From a virus (lineage: Duplodnaviria > Heunggongvirae > Uroviricota > Caudoviricetes): a stretch of 8,984 bases of DNA. How positions within the stretch are numbered: the stretch's first letter is position 1; each line of letters starts with the position of its first letter. Made by a program: the position numbers and the translations under genes. The notes below the pieces were generated by a model. It made no database searches. It was not told the origin of the DNA and saw only the letters and a program-made list of their open reading frames with translations. Positions 1 through 5,587 of the stretch are shown here, piece by piece. The stretch lies in the IMG/VR virus record IMGVR_UViG_2600254977_000009; one strand, given 5' to 3'.

Positions 1-186
1 GAGCTTTTCGTTTTCGATATCAGTTTCCCTCTGCGCATACCACTGAATTGCCATGGCAGTATCAAATACAGATTCAATGCCCTTACTGCCTTTGGAGACG
101 CAAGGGAGCCCCTGAGACTGCCAGCGTTCAATCGTCCGCGGGTCCACGTTAAAAATTTCGGCAAGCCTCTTTTTATTAACCTTCAT
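1..186 (-). CDS. nu1: Terminase small subunit (lambda Nu1-like), N-terminal 62 codons only; the rest lies beyond the window start
   Basis: Reverse complement of 1..186 reads from ATG (186..184) as [62 protein letters not shown] with no stop before the window edge. This closely resembles the N-terminal DNA-binding region of lambda gpNu1 as I remember it (MEVNKKQLADIF...WYAERDAEIENEKL). The start sits about 175 bp from cosN, as in lambda. Confidence 0.85.
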   Translation of the reverse strand, partial: MKVNKKRLAEIFNVDPRTIERWQSQGLPCVSKGSKGIESVFDTAMAIQWYAQRETDIENEKL

Positions 187-420
187 AGAACAACCCATTA
201 TCAAATACAAGGCCCGACATGAAAACGCCAGAAAAAGGCATTTTCGGACACTTTCATGTCGGACATTTATGAATGCAATATTAAAAAAAACAAAAAGTTA
301 TATTCGAGAAGTACCGACACGATTTTCCCTGAAAAATTTTCATAAATAGTGAAAAACCGCGAGGTCGCCGCCCCGTAACCTGTCGGATCACCGGAAAGGA
401 CCCGTAAAGCGATAATGATT
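187..420. other. Lambda-type cos site (cosB toward Nu1, cosN cohesive end at 362..373, cosQ side to the right)
   Basis: Plus strand 362..373 is aggtcgccgccc, the reverse complement of GGGCGGCGACCT, which is the 12-nt lambda cohesive end. Flanks (cgtaacctgtcggatcaccgg on one side, cgcggtttttcactatttatg in reverse complement on the other) match my recollection of the lambda right and left ends. Position directly upstream of the Nu1 start is as expected. Confidence 0.8.
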
Positions 421-572
421 ATCATCTACATATCACAACGTGCGTGGAGGCCATCAAACCACGTCAAATAATCAATTATGACGCAGGTATCGTATTAATT
501 GATCTGCATCAACCTAACGTAAAAACAACTTCAGACAATACAAATCAGCGACACTGAATACAGGGCAACCTC

Positions 573-806
573 ATGTCAACGAAGAACAGAACCCGCAGAA
601 CAACAACCCGCAACATCCGCTTTCCTAACCAAATGATTGAACAAATTAACATCGCTCTTGTTCAAAAAGGGTCCGGGAATTTCTCAGCCTGGGTCATTGA
701 AGCCTGCCGCCGGAGACTGTGCTCAGAAAAAAGAGTTTCGCCTGAAGCAAACAAAGAAAAGAGTGACATTACTGAATTGCTCAGAAAACAGGTCAGACCA
801 GATTGA
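573..806 (+). CDS. ynfO: YnfO-like small basic protein (77 aa), possible ribbon-helix-helix DNA binder
   Basis: ORF-track protein MSTKNRTRRTTTRNIRFPNQMIEQINIALVQKGSGNFSAWVIEACRRRL... matches my memory of E. coli Qin prophage YnfO. It sits next to the Nu1 homolog as ynfO does in Qin. The basic N-terminus followed by a strand-helix-helix-like pattern is my inference. The Shine-Dalgarno is weak. Confidence 0.6.
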   Translation: MSTKNRTRRTTTRNIRFPNQMIEQINIALVQKGSGNFSAWVIEACRRRLCSEKRVSPEANKEKSDITELLRKQVRPD

Positions 807-863
807 AGCAATTTAGATAATCGTGCAGACTACCCCCCCTCATATCACATGGAAGGTACTACA

Positions 864-1274
864 ATGGCTCAGATTGCCATTTTTAAACAAATATTCGATA
901 AAGTGCGAAATAATTTAAACTATCACTGGTTTTATTCTGAACTAAAACGTCACAATGTCTCACATTACATTTACTATTTAGCCACAGAGAATATTCATCT
1001 TGTTCTTGAAAACGATAATACGGTTTTAATAAAAGGACAGGGTAAGGTTGTAAATGTAAGATTTTCAAAAAATAAATGCCTTATAGAAGCCACCTTAAAA
1101 GGATTCAAATCAGGAGAGTTATCATTTTACGAATACAGGAAAAATCTTGCTACAGCAGGGGTTTTCAGATGGATTACAAATATCCACGAAAACAAAAGGT
1201 ATTACTATACCTTTGATAATTCATTACTCTTTACTGAGAACATTCAGAACACTACACAAATATTTCCGCACTAA
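864..1274 (+). CDS. ydfO: DUF1398 family protein (YdfO/YbcV-like), AT-rich moron gene
   Basis: Frame of ORF 849..1274. I prefer the second in-frame ATG at 864 because GGAAGG lies 7 nt upstream, whereas the ATG at 849 has no SD. The protein ([18 protein letters not shown]...[24 protein letters not shown]) resembles YdfO/YbcV-type prophage proteins as I recall them. Gene order Nu1 - YnfO-like - YdfO-like mirrors Qin. The DNA is visibly AT-rich compared with the flanks. Confidence 0.65.
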   Translation: MAQIAIFKQIFDKVRNNLNYHWFYSELKRHNVSHYIYYLATENIHLVLENDNTVLIKGQGKVVNVRFSKNKCLIEATLKGFKSGELSFYEYRKNLATAGVFRWITNIHENKRYYYTFDNSLLFTENIQNTTQIFPH

Positions 1275-1581
1275 ATCATAACGTCCGGTTTCTTCCGTGC
1301 CAGAACCGGACTCGCTGGCATGATGAAATATGTGTACCCGGTAACCCCGGTGTGCATCGTTTTTGATTATTCCCCCACACTTGTGCAGAAGGAGTTCCCC
1401 GTCAGGCTACAGTCATAATTAATGCAAGAGTACAGCGACGATACAGCGCACAGAAATAAATCAGGTATCCATTGACTTCACAAAGACGGTACATAGCATC
1501 GACAGGAGTAATTGCGTAAATTGAACTCTTGGCACACTTTAGCCACCGGCGAATCTTCAGCGGATTATCCTTGGCCGGTTT

Positions 1582-2046
1582 TTATCTGAGGCATTGCTCT
1601 CGAATGTATAGCTGTGCCCCTTCAAGTTGTTTTTGCATTATTATCAGTCGCGCTCTGAGGGTGAAATAATCCCGTTCAGCGGTGTCTGCCAGTCGGGGGG
1701 AGGCTGCATTATCCACGCCGGAGGCGGTGGTGGCTTCACGCACTGACTGACAGACTGCTTTGATGTGCAACCGACGACGACCAGCGGCAACATCATCACG
1801 CAGAGCATCATTTTCAGCTTTCGCATCAGCTAACTCCTTCGTGTATTTTGCATCGAGCGCAGCAACATCACGCTGACGCATCTGCATGTCAGTAATTGCC
1901 GCGTTCGCCAGCTTCAGTTCTCTGACATTTTTGTCGCGCTGGGCTTTGTAGGTAATGGCGTTATCACGGTAATGATTCAGCCCCAGACTAAGCGCACCAC
2001 AGGCCACCAGCAGGGCAATGATGACCACGCACAGTACGCGGTTCAT
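1582..2046 (-). CDS. Rz: Spanin inner-membrane subunit Rz (i-spanin)
   Basis: 154-aa ORF with an N-terminal TM segment and coiled-coil periplasmic region. Long stretches ([17 protein letters not shown]...[86 protein letters not shown]) are essentially identical to lambda Rz as I remember it. Confidence 0.95.
   Translation of the reverse strand: MNRVLCVVIIALLVACGALSLGLNHYRDNAITYKAQRDKNVRELKLANAAITDMQMRQRDVAALDAKYTKELADAKAENDALRDDVAAGRRRLHIKAVCQSVREATTASGVDNAASPRLADTAERDYFTLRARLIIMQKQLEGAQLYIREQCLR
1644..1826 (-). CDS. Rz1: Spanin outer-membrane lipoprotein Rz1 (o-spanin), embedded in Rz in the +1 frame
   Basis: 60-aa ORF entirely inside Rz. Lipobox LVVVGC followed by a proline-rich region ([59 protein letters not shown]) matches lambda Rz1. 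Confidence 0.9.
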   Translation of the reverse strand: MRKLKMMLCVMMLPLVVVGCTSKQSVSQCVKPPPPPAWIMQPPPDWQTPLNGIISPSERD

Positions 2047-2047
2047 T

Positions 2048-2185
2048 TCACCACCAGCGTATCTGACCGATGAAATAACCAGAGGCCATAATCACAAACA
2101 CCAGCCAGATAAGAATGAACTTCCAGGTGGATAATTTTTCAGCCATCACTCGAATCTCCCGAATCAGTTTGCTAAAATCAAACAC
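2048..2185 (-). CDS. Candidate small membrane peptide (45 aa from GTG at 2185, or 32 aa from ATG at 2146), translationally coupled to Rz
   Basis: Not in the ORF track because it is under 60 aa. Minus-strand reading: AAGGAG, 5 nt, GTG TTT GAT TTT AGC AAA CTG ATT CGG GAG ATT CGA GTG ATG GCT GAA AAA ... TGG TGG TGA, giving (M)[44 protein letters not shown]. It has a hydrophobic TM-like core and an aromatic C-terminus. Its TGA stop (2050..2048) abuts the Rz ATG (2046..2044) as TGAAATG. The internal ATG at 2146 has GGGAG 9 nt upstream. Confidence 0.4.
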   Translation of the reverse strand: MFDFSKLIREIRVMAEKLSTWKFILIWLVFVIMASGYFIGQIRWW

Positions 2186-2225
2186 ACTTTCTCCTTTGAC
2201 TTTTCCGGAGTCAGGAAACACAAAA

Positions 2226-2255
2226 CCCCGCTTGGTGCCAACAAACGGGGTTTTT
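2226..2255. terminator. Bidirectional intrinsic terminator between endolysin and the small ORF/Rz
   Basis: Plus strand caaaa-CCCCG-cttggtgccaacaaa-CGGGG-ttttt. A 5-bp GC stem (with an inner ttgg/ccaa pairing) is flanked by a T-run on the plus strand and an A-run upstream, so the minus strand reads hairpin + TTTTG. Confidence 0.5.
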
Positions 2256-2344
2256 ACTTTTATTCACTTACGTTTCGCCACTTCGCAGGATTTCATGTTA
2301 TCCGCCCGCGTGGCCATGCCTTATTTTTCAGCAAAATATTCTGC

Positions 2345-2909
2345 TTATCTGTCGATACCCCAGCACGCCAGCGCGCTCTCCTGGTCACGACGGGATACCT
2401 GACCGTAGCAGTTGTTTGAACGAATACGGCAGTCTCTGCCACCGTCCTTAATCCACCAGCGAATCGCCTCACACGCTCCCCTGCGATCACCTGCATTAAT
2501 TCGTTTATAAAACGTCGACGGGAAACACTTACCGGGACCAATGTTGTACGGACAGAATGACGCGATCCCCGCTTTCTGGGGTTCGCTCAATGGCACTTTG
2601 ATGTTTTTCTCCACCCATGCCAGCGCCTTATCACGCTCAATGGCGTTGACCTGGTCGCATTTTTCCTTCGACAGTTTCATACCGGGAAAAACGGGTTTTC
2701 CATCCACCATCGTGGCCCCCCGACAGATGGTCCAGTTGCCGGAACCATCGCGGTATGCCGTAGTGTGGTTACCCTCTTTTTCATCCAGAAACTGGTCAAG
2801 TATCNNNNNNNNNNNNNNNNNNNTGGTCAAGTATCTGAGGAGCTGATGCGCCTGCTCCAATCAGCGCCAGAACTGCAGCTGACAGGCCGTATTTGATTTT
2901 TGCGTTCAT
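2345..2909 (-). CDS. R: SAR endolysin (phage lysozyme, T4-lysozyme/GH24-like fold), reading frame interrupted by a 19-N assembly gap
   Basis: Minus-strand ATG at 2909..2907 gives MNAKIKYGLSAAVLALIGAGASAPQILDQ..., a Gly/Ala-rich weakly hydrophobic signal-anchor-release (SAR) N-terminus. After the N-run the ORF-track frame continues ILDQFLDEKEGNHTTAYRDGSGNWTICRGAT...CWGIDR, with an E...D...T spacing that looks like the catalytic triad of phage lysozymes. The two halves are in different frames only because of the artificial N-run. Confidence 0.85.
2805..2823. other. Assembly gap (19 N) flanked by a duplicated 12-13 nt sequence
   Basis: ctggtcaagtatc immediately precedes the N-run and tggtcaagtatc immediately follows it. 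This is the signature of overlapping contig ends joined by a scaffolding gap rather than missing biology. Confidence 0.9.
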
Positions 2910-3014
2910 GGATATTTATCAGGATTTATCGGTTTCTGAACCCTGGATATGTTTATCTGTCCCGGCCTGTTGAATCAGGCGGGGAAAAGGTAAAGACAAT
3001 CAAGAGGATTATTT

Positions 3015-3287
3015 ATGGACAATAGCACCATTTCTCTACAGGAGTTGCTCGACTGCATTTCCAGGCTTCGGGATGATGTAAATGCCCTCACTGTTGCATT
3101 TTCACATCTGGCCTTATCAATTCCCAGGGAGCAAATGCTGCCAACGCTGGCATCCATTCATTTTGAATCACGCAACCCCAAATGGTCCCAGGAACAACAA
3201 AATTCTTTCAAGTGGCTGGCGGCATTGCTGGAAGAAAATTATGCTGGCAAAACTACCATTTCGGCGGAGTCTTCAGGGAACCAGTAA
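3015..3287 (+). CDS. Hypothetical 90-aa protein on the opposite strand inside the lysis cassette
   Basis: ORF-track protein MDNSTISLQELLDCISRLRDDVNALTVAFSHLALSIPREQML... The ATG at 3015 is preceded by AAGAGGA at a 7-nt spacing (caatcaagaggattatttATG). Its 3' end overlaps the 3' end of the convergent YdfR-like ORF by 35 nt, so one of the two may be wrong or degraded. I do not recognise the protein. Confidence 0.4.
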   Translation: MDNSTISLQELLDCISRLRDDVNALTVAFSHLALSIPREQMLPTLASIHFESRNPKWSQEQQNSFKWLAALLEENYAGKTTISAESSGNQ

Positions 3288-3597
3288 TCCTTCCCGGTAG
3301 CTTTCCTTTGTAGGTTATCCATACATTCTGCGCCTCTAAAATTACGGGGCGCTTTTCCGGCGACTGCTCATCCCCTTCACATAACCCGGCAGCGACATCC
3401 AGGAAGACCTGTCTGATGCTCCTTCTGGCCGCTGCCTCATAAAACTCCAGCGCAGCACCTTCAACACGGTCCAGCGAGATGTCCAGGTCAAAAATTTCAC
3501 CGTCAAAGCGTTCTTTGTCCTGTAATGCTAAAGTTACCGTAACTTTATTCTCAAAATTGCGGATCCCTTTCACAATCAGTTCATAGTTTTGAGTCAT
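3253..3597 (-). CDS. ydfR: YdfR-like (DUF1327) protein between holin and endolysin
   Basis: The N-terminal ~70 aa (MTQNYELIVKGIRNFENKVTVTLALQDKERFDGEIFDLDISLDRVEGAALEFYEAAARRSIRQVFLDVA) resemble the Qin prophage protein YdfR as I recall it. Position between the holin and lysozyme is the same as ydfR between essQ and rrrQ. The C-terminal ~40 aa look unrelated and overlap the plus-strand ORF, so this may be frameshifted or truncated. Confidence 0.65.
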   Translation of the reverse strand: MTQNYELIVKGIRNFENKVTVTLALQDKERFDGEIFDLDISLDRVEGAALEFYEAAARRSIRQVFLDVAAGLCEGDEQSPEKRPVILEAQNVWITYKGKLPGRITGSLKTPPKW

Positions 3598-3601
3598 TGA
3601 A

Positions 3602-3817
3602 TTACTCTCCCCGTGCCGCCTTACGACGGTCCTCTCTGATTTTGAAATACAGGTTAGTCAGATATGTCAGCAGCCCAAACAGCAGACTCCCCAGCACGCC
3701 TATTGCCGCCCACTGAGACGGGGAAACCCTGTCCAGCAACTGCAGGAACCAGTAGCCCGTTCCCACCGCTGACGTGGTGTATGACACACCTGTTGTGATT
3801 TTTTCCATCTGGTCCAT
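3602..3817 (-). CDS. S: Class II holin, phage-21 S-type pinholin (71 aa) with a dual-start motif
   Basis: From ATG at 3817: [71 protein letters not shown]. It has two TM segments and a charged C-tail, and is near-identical to S21/EssD-type pinholins as I remember them. Met1 and Met4 (MDQM) fit the holin/antiholin dual-start pattern. GGGAGACGGGG lies upstream of the ATG. The longer ORF-track start at 3922 has no such support. Confidence 0.85.
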   Translation of the reverse strand: MDQMEKITTGVSYTTSAVGTGYWFLQLLDRVSPSQWAAIGVLGSLLFGLLTYLTNLYFKIREDRRKAARGE

Positions 3818-3850
3818 ACCCCGTCTCCCGTTATCCGGAAGCTGAAAACA

Positions 3851-3881
3851 ATAAAAAAGCCACCAGTTAACTACTGATGGC
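3851..3881 (-). terminator. Candidate intrinsic terminator about 35 nt upstream of the holin start
   Basis: Minus strand reads GCCATCAG-tagttaa-CTGGTGGC followed by TTTTTTATTGTTTTC (plus strand ataaaaaagccaccagttaactactgatggc). The stem is 8 bp with one mismatch. Confidence 0.5.
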
Positions 3882-4085
3882 TCTGATAACTCATGCAAGC
3901 GTCTCAGACGACCCACTGACACTACCGGTGAGTTTAACGATACCTTCCATTTGACTGGCTCACTTTTTATGATGATGCCGGTGCATTTATCTCCAGCGCC
4001 AGACTTTCTATCTCAACGCCATACGTTACATTTTTGGTAATATCCATCAGCGTCAGTGCATTTAGTCCCACTGCCAGACTGTCTT

Positions 4086-4313
4086 TTATGGCCTGGAATG
4101 CCGGGCCAGTACGATGACGTAGTACCAATCCGGCTCAGTTGCACCACTGACCACCACATCACCTTCTGCTGCAATCGCCTGCATCAGGGTATAAGGGGTT
4201 ATGGCCACCGGACTACCAAACGGCTGCCAGCCCTCCTTCAGTTTTTGTGTCAGTCGTTTCGCAAGGTCTGACGGCGATACCGCCCTGACCACGTCATAGT
4301 GTTTAAATGCCAT
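4086..4313 (-). CDS. Small conserved prophage protein (75 aa), possibly DUF1737-like
   Basis: ORF MAFKHYDVVRAVSPSDLAKRLTQKLKEGWQPFGSPVAITPYTLMQAIAAEGDVVVSGATEPDWYYVIVLARHSRP. The ATG at 4313 is preceded by a strong SD (GGGAGGATTC then ATG). The family assignment is from memory of small proteins found upstream of holins in Stx-type phages and is uncertain. Confidence 0.65.
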   Translation of the reverse strand: MAFKHYDVVRAVSPSDLAKRLTQKLKEGWQPFGSPVAITPYTLMQAIAAEGDVVVSGATEPDWYYVIVLARHSRP

Positions 4314-4506
4314 GAATCCTCCCGGCCGGGATAATATTGTGAGTAAAATAAGGAGCGGGCTGAAGTCCGGAAGTTACAGGACAATGGCAGAAGAGAGACG
4401 ACAGCCCGCAATTCGAAAAAGACCGCGCAGTTGCGCAGAGTGATTACTATGGGGTATTATTCGCCAGCTGAAATATTACTTCACGTTTTATTGTTTATTC
4501 CTTGCC

Positions 4507-4535
4507 GCCCGCGTCTCCCAGCGCGGGCTTTTTTT
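4507..4535 (+). terminator. Strong plus-strand intrinsic terminator (antisense to the late operon)
   Basis: GCCCGCG-tctcccag-CGCGGGC followed by TTTTTTT. A perfect 7-bp GC-rich stem with an 8-nt loop and a 7-T run on the plus strand. Confidence 0.6.
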
Positions 4536-4544
4536 GCCCACAAG

Positions 4545-4776
4545 AAAACCCCTCCGGAGAGGGGCTAAAGCCGCGTATCTGTATCATCATGCACATGGTG
4601 CCGGGTGCCTCCCGGTGAGTTCAGCCCGGTGCCACTAAACCCGCGTCATTCTCGTTTTGATAATCAGAGATTATACCGTCACCAGTCGCCCCTCCGCTCA
4701 GGGGGATTCACCATGCGAAATTTTTTTAACAAATGCCCAGTCTGACAGGCAACTGTCAACTTACTGAATTGTGAGC
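4545..4776 (-). repeat. Copy A of a ~220-230 bp block-conserved element; on the minus strand it ends in an intrinsic terminator
   Basis: Shares identical or near-identical blocks with copy B: cccctccggagaggggct, catggtgccgggtgcctcccggtga, gcccctccgc(t/a)cagggggattcaccatgc, ttttaacaaa, gtcaac, ctgaattgtgag. The blocks are separated by divergent spacers of unequal length. Minus-strand 3' end: CCCCTC-tccg-GAGGGG then TTTTCTTG (plus 4541..4564). Confidence 0.7.
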
Positions 4777-4810
4777 AACATAGCATTTAACGGGGAACCT
4801 GTTTTCTGCA

Positions 4811-4839
4811 GTAAAAAGGCCCACCGGAGCGGATGGGCC
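4811..4839 (-). terminator. Candidate intrinsic terminator between the two repeat copies
   Basis: Minus strand GGCCCA-tccgctccgg-TGGGCC followed by TTTTTACTG (plus strand gtaaaaaggcccaccggagcggatgggcc). Confidence 0.45.
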
Positions 4840-5030
4840 TGGAAGGATAGCGGTCATGTGATGCCGGTTTCCCGGTAACTCAGCACCGGTATCTGAGTCA
4901 ACGTTTTCTCTACTGGGTCATTTCCGATACGCCCTGCCTGCTGACAGGCTTTCATCACATCTGAAAATATAGCACCCTGACTGATACTGTAGTACCTAAG
5001 GTTCCAGAAACTGTGATGTATCCGGCACAG

Positions 5031-5245
5031 AAAAGCCCCTCCGGAGAGGGGCTGGAGAGTGGCGCTATGTGCCATTGCATGGTGCCGGGTGCCTCCCGGT
5101 GAATTCAGTACCAGCACCTGAATCCGCGATTATCCCATATACCTACTCGCTGATTGCCCCTCCGCACAGGGGGATTCACCATGCCAGTTTCTTTTAACAA
5201 ACTCCCCGCAAACCAGACAACAGTCAACCGCCTGAATTGTGAGAC
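5031..5245 (-). repeat. Copy B of the block-conserved element; on the minus strand it ends in an intrinsic terminator
   Basis: Same conserved blocks as copy A in the same order. Minus-strand 3' end: GCCCCTC-tccg-GAGGGGC then TTTTCTGTG (plus 5027..5052). Short ORFs that can be drawn through the two copies differ in frame and length, which argues against coding. Confidence 0.7.
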
Positions 5246-5288
5246 ATTTAAAAAAAAGCCCGCAAAAGCGAGCCAGGGAAAATAAGTG

Positions 5289-5365
5289 TGGCGCGTTGTA
5301 CTGGATTCGAACCAGTGACCGATTGCTTAGAAGGCAATTGCTCTGTCCGGCTGAGCTAACAACGC
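5289..5365 (-). tRNA. argO: tRNA-Arg (anticodon UCU), canonical cloverleaf
   Basis: Reverse complement GCGTTGT-TA-GCTC-AGCCGGACA-GAGC-A-ATTGC-CTTCTAA-GCAAT-CGGTC-ACTGG-TTCGAAT-CCAGT-ACAACGC-G-CCA. All four stems pair perfectly and the anticodon loop is CU-UCU-AA. Gene name is by analogy to the ileZ-argN-argO cluster of lambdoid/Stx prophages. Confidence 0.9.
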
Positions 5366-5378
5366 AGGATACAGATAA

Positions 5379-5455
5379 TGGACCGCCTTCGGGGACCCGA
5401 ACTCCGCGCAACCAGCTTCGAAGGCTGGCGCTCTTTCCTGATGAGCTAATGGCGG
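5379..5455 (-). tRNA. argN: tRNA-Arg (anticodon read as UCG), with non-canonical features
   Basis: Reverse complement CCGCCAT-TA-GCTC-ATCAGGAAA-GAGC-G-CCAGC-CTTCGAA-GCTGG-TTGCG-CGGAG-TTCGGGT-CCCCG-AAGGCGG-T-CCA. D and anticodon stems are perfect. The acceptor stem has one A:A mismatch, the T-stem one A:C mismatch, and the T-loop is TTCGGGT rather than TTCRANY. Position between the two good tRNAs supports a real or slightly degenerate tRNA. Confidence 0.6.
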
Positions 5456-5462
5456 TATGTGA

Positions 5463-5538
5463 TGGTGGCCCTTGCTGGATTTGAACCAGCGACCTGGCGA
5501 TTATGAGTCGCTCGCTCTCACCACTGAGCTAAAGGGCC
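5463..5538 (-). tRNA. ileZ: tRNA-Ile2 (anticodon CAU, lysidine type); a tRNA-Met is not excluded from sequence alone
   Basis: Reverse complement GGCCCTT-TA-GCTC-AGTGGTGA-GAGC-G-AGCGA-CTCATAA-TCGCC-AGGTC-GCTGG-TTCAAAT-CCAGC-AAGGGCC-A-CCA. Very similar to E. coli ileX/ileY (tRNA-Ile2) as I recall it. It is the first gene of the prophage ileZ-argN-argO arrangement. Confidence 0.85.
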
Positions 5539-5587
5539 GGGAGCAGAATAATAATGGTGCGTAATTAATTCTGCAATCTCATCCGTT

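Noticed and set aside
849-863. First ATG (849) of the DUF1398-like ORF as the start codon
   Set aside because: It has no Shine-Dalgarno, whereas the in-frame ATG at 864 has GGAAGG 7 nt upstream.
883-1068. 61-aa minus-strand ORF
   Set aside because: It lies entirely antisense within the better-supported DUF1398-like gene in AT-rich DNA, with no RBS and no recognisable protein features.
2805-2823. N-run as a biological deletion or frameshift in the endolysin
   Set aside because: The identical 12-nt sequence on both sides indicates a scaffolding join.
2115-2846. Plus- and minus-strand ORFs 2115..2402, 2293..2541 and 2541..2846
   Set aside because: They overlap the endolysin gene or its 3' flank in other frames. 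One runs through the N gap. None has a start signal, and the endolysin reading explains the region.
2975-3157. 60-aa minus-strand ORF
   Set aside because: It is antisense to the plus-strand ORF that has a strong SD, and it has no start signal or recognisable features. The alternative plus-frame ORF 3082..3300 was rejected for the same reason.
3818-3922. N-terminally extended holin start at 3922 (106-aa version)
   Set aside because: The extension has no SD and does not resemble a holin. The ATG at 3817 gives the canonical 71-aa pinholin with an SD, and a terminator-like hairpin lies inside the putative extension.
4056-4271. 71-aa plus-strand ORF
   Set aside because: It is antisense to the 75-aa minus-strand gene, which has a near-perfect SD. 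It has no start signal of its own.
4545-5245. CRISPR array interpretation of the two repeats
   Set aside because: There are only two copies, each about 220 bp and imperfect, with no short regular repeat-spacer periodicity and no cas genes.
3882-5288. Shiga toxin or other toxin cargo downstream of the tRNA cluster
   Set aside because: No ORF of suitable size exists in any frame. The interval is filled by repeats and terminators.
4854-5484. ORFs 4854..5117 (-), 5130..5411 (-) and 5239..5484 (+)
   Set aside because: They run through the repeat copies and the tRNA genes. The frames are not conserved between repeat copies and the tRNA cloverleaves explain 5289..5538.
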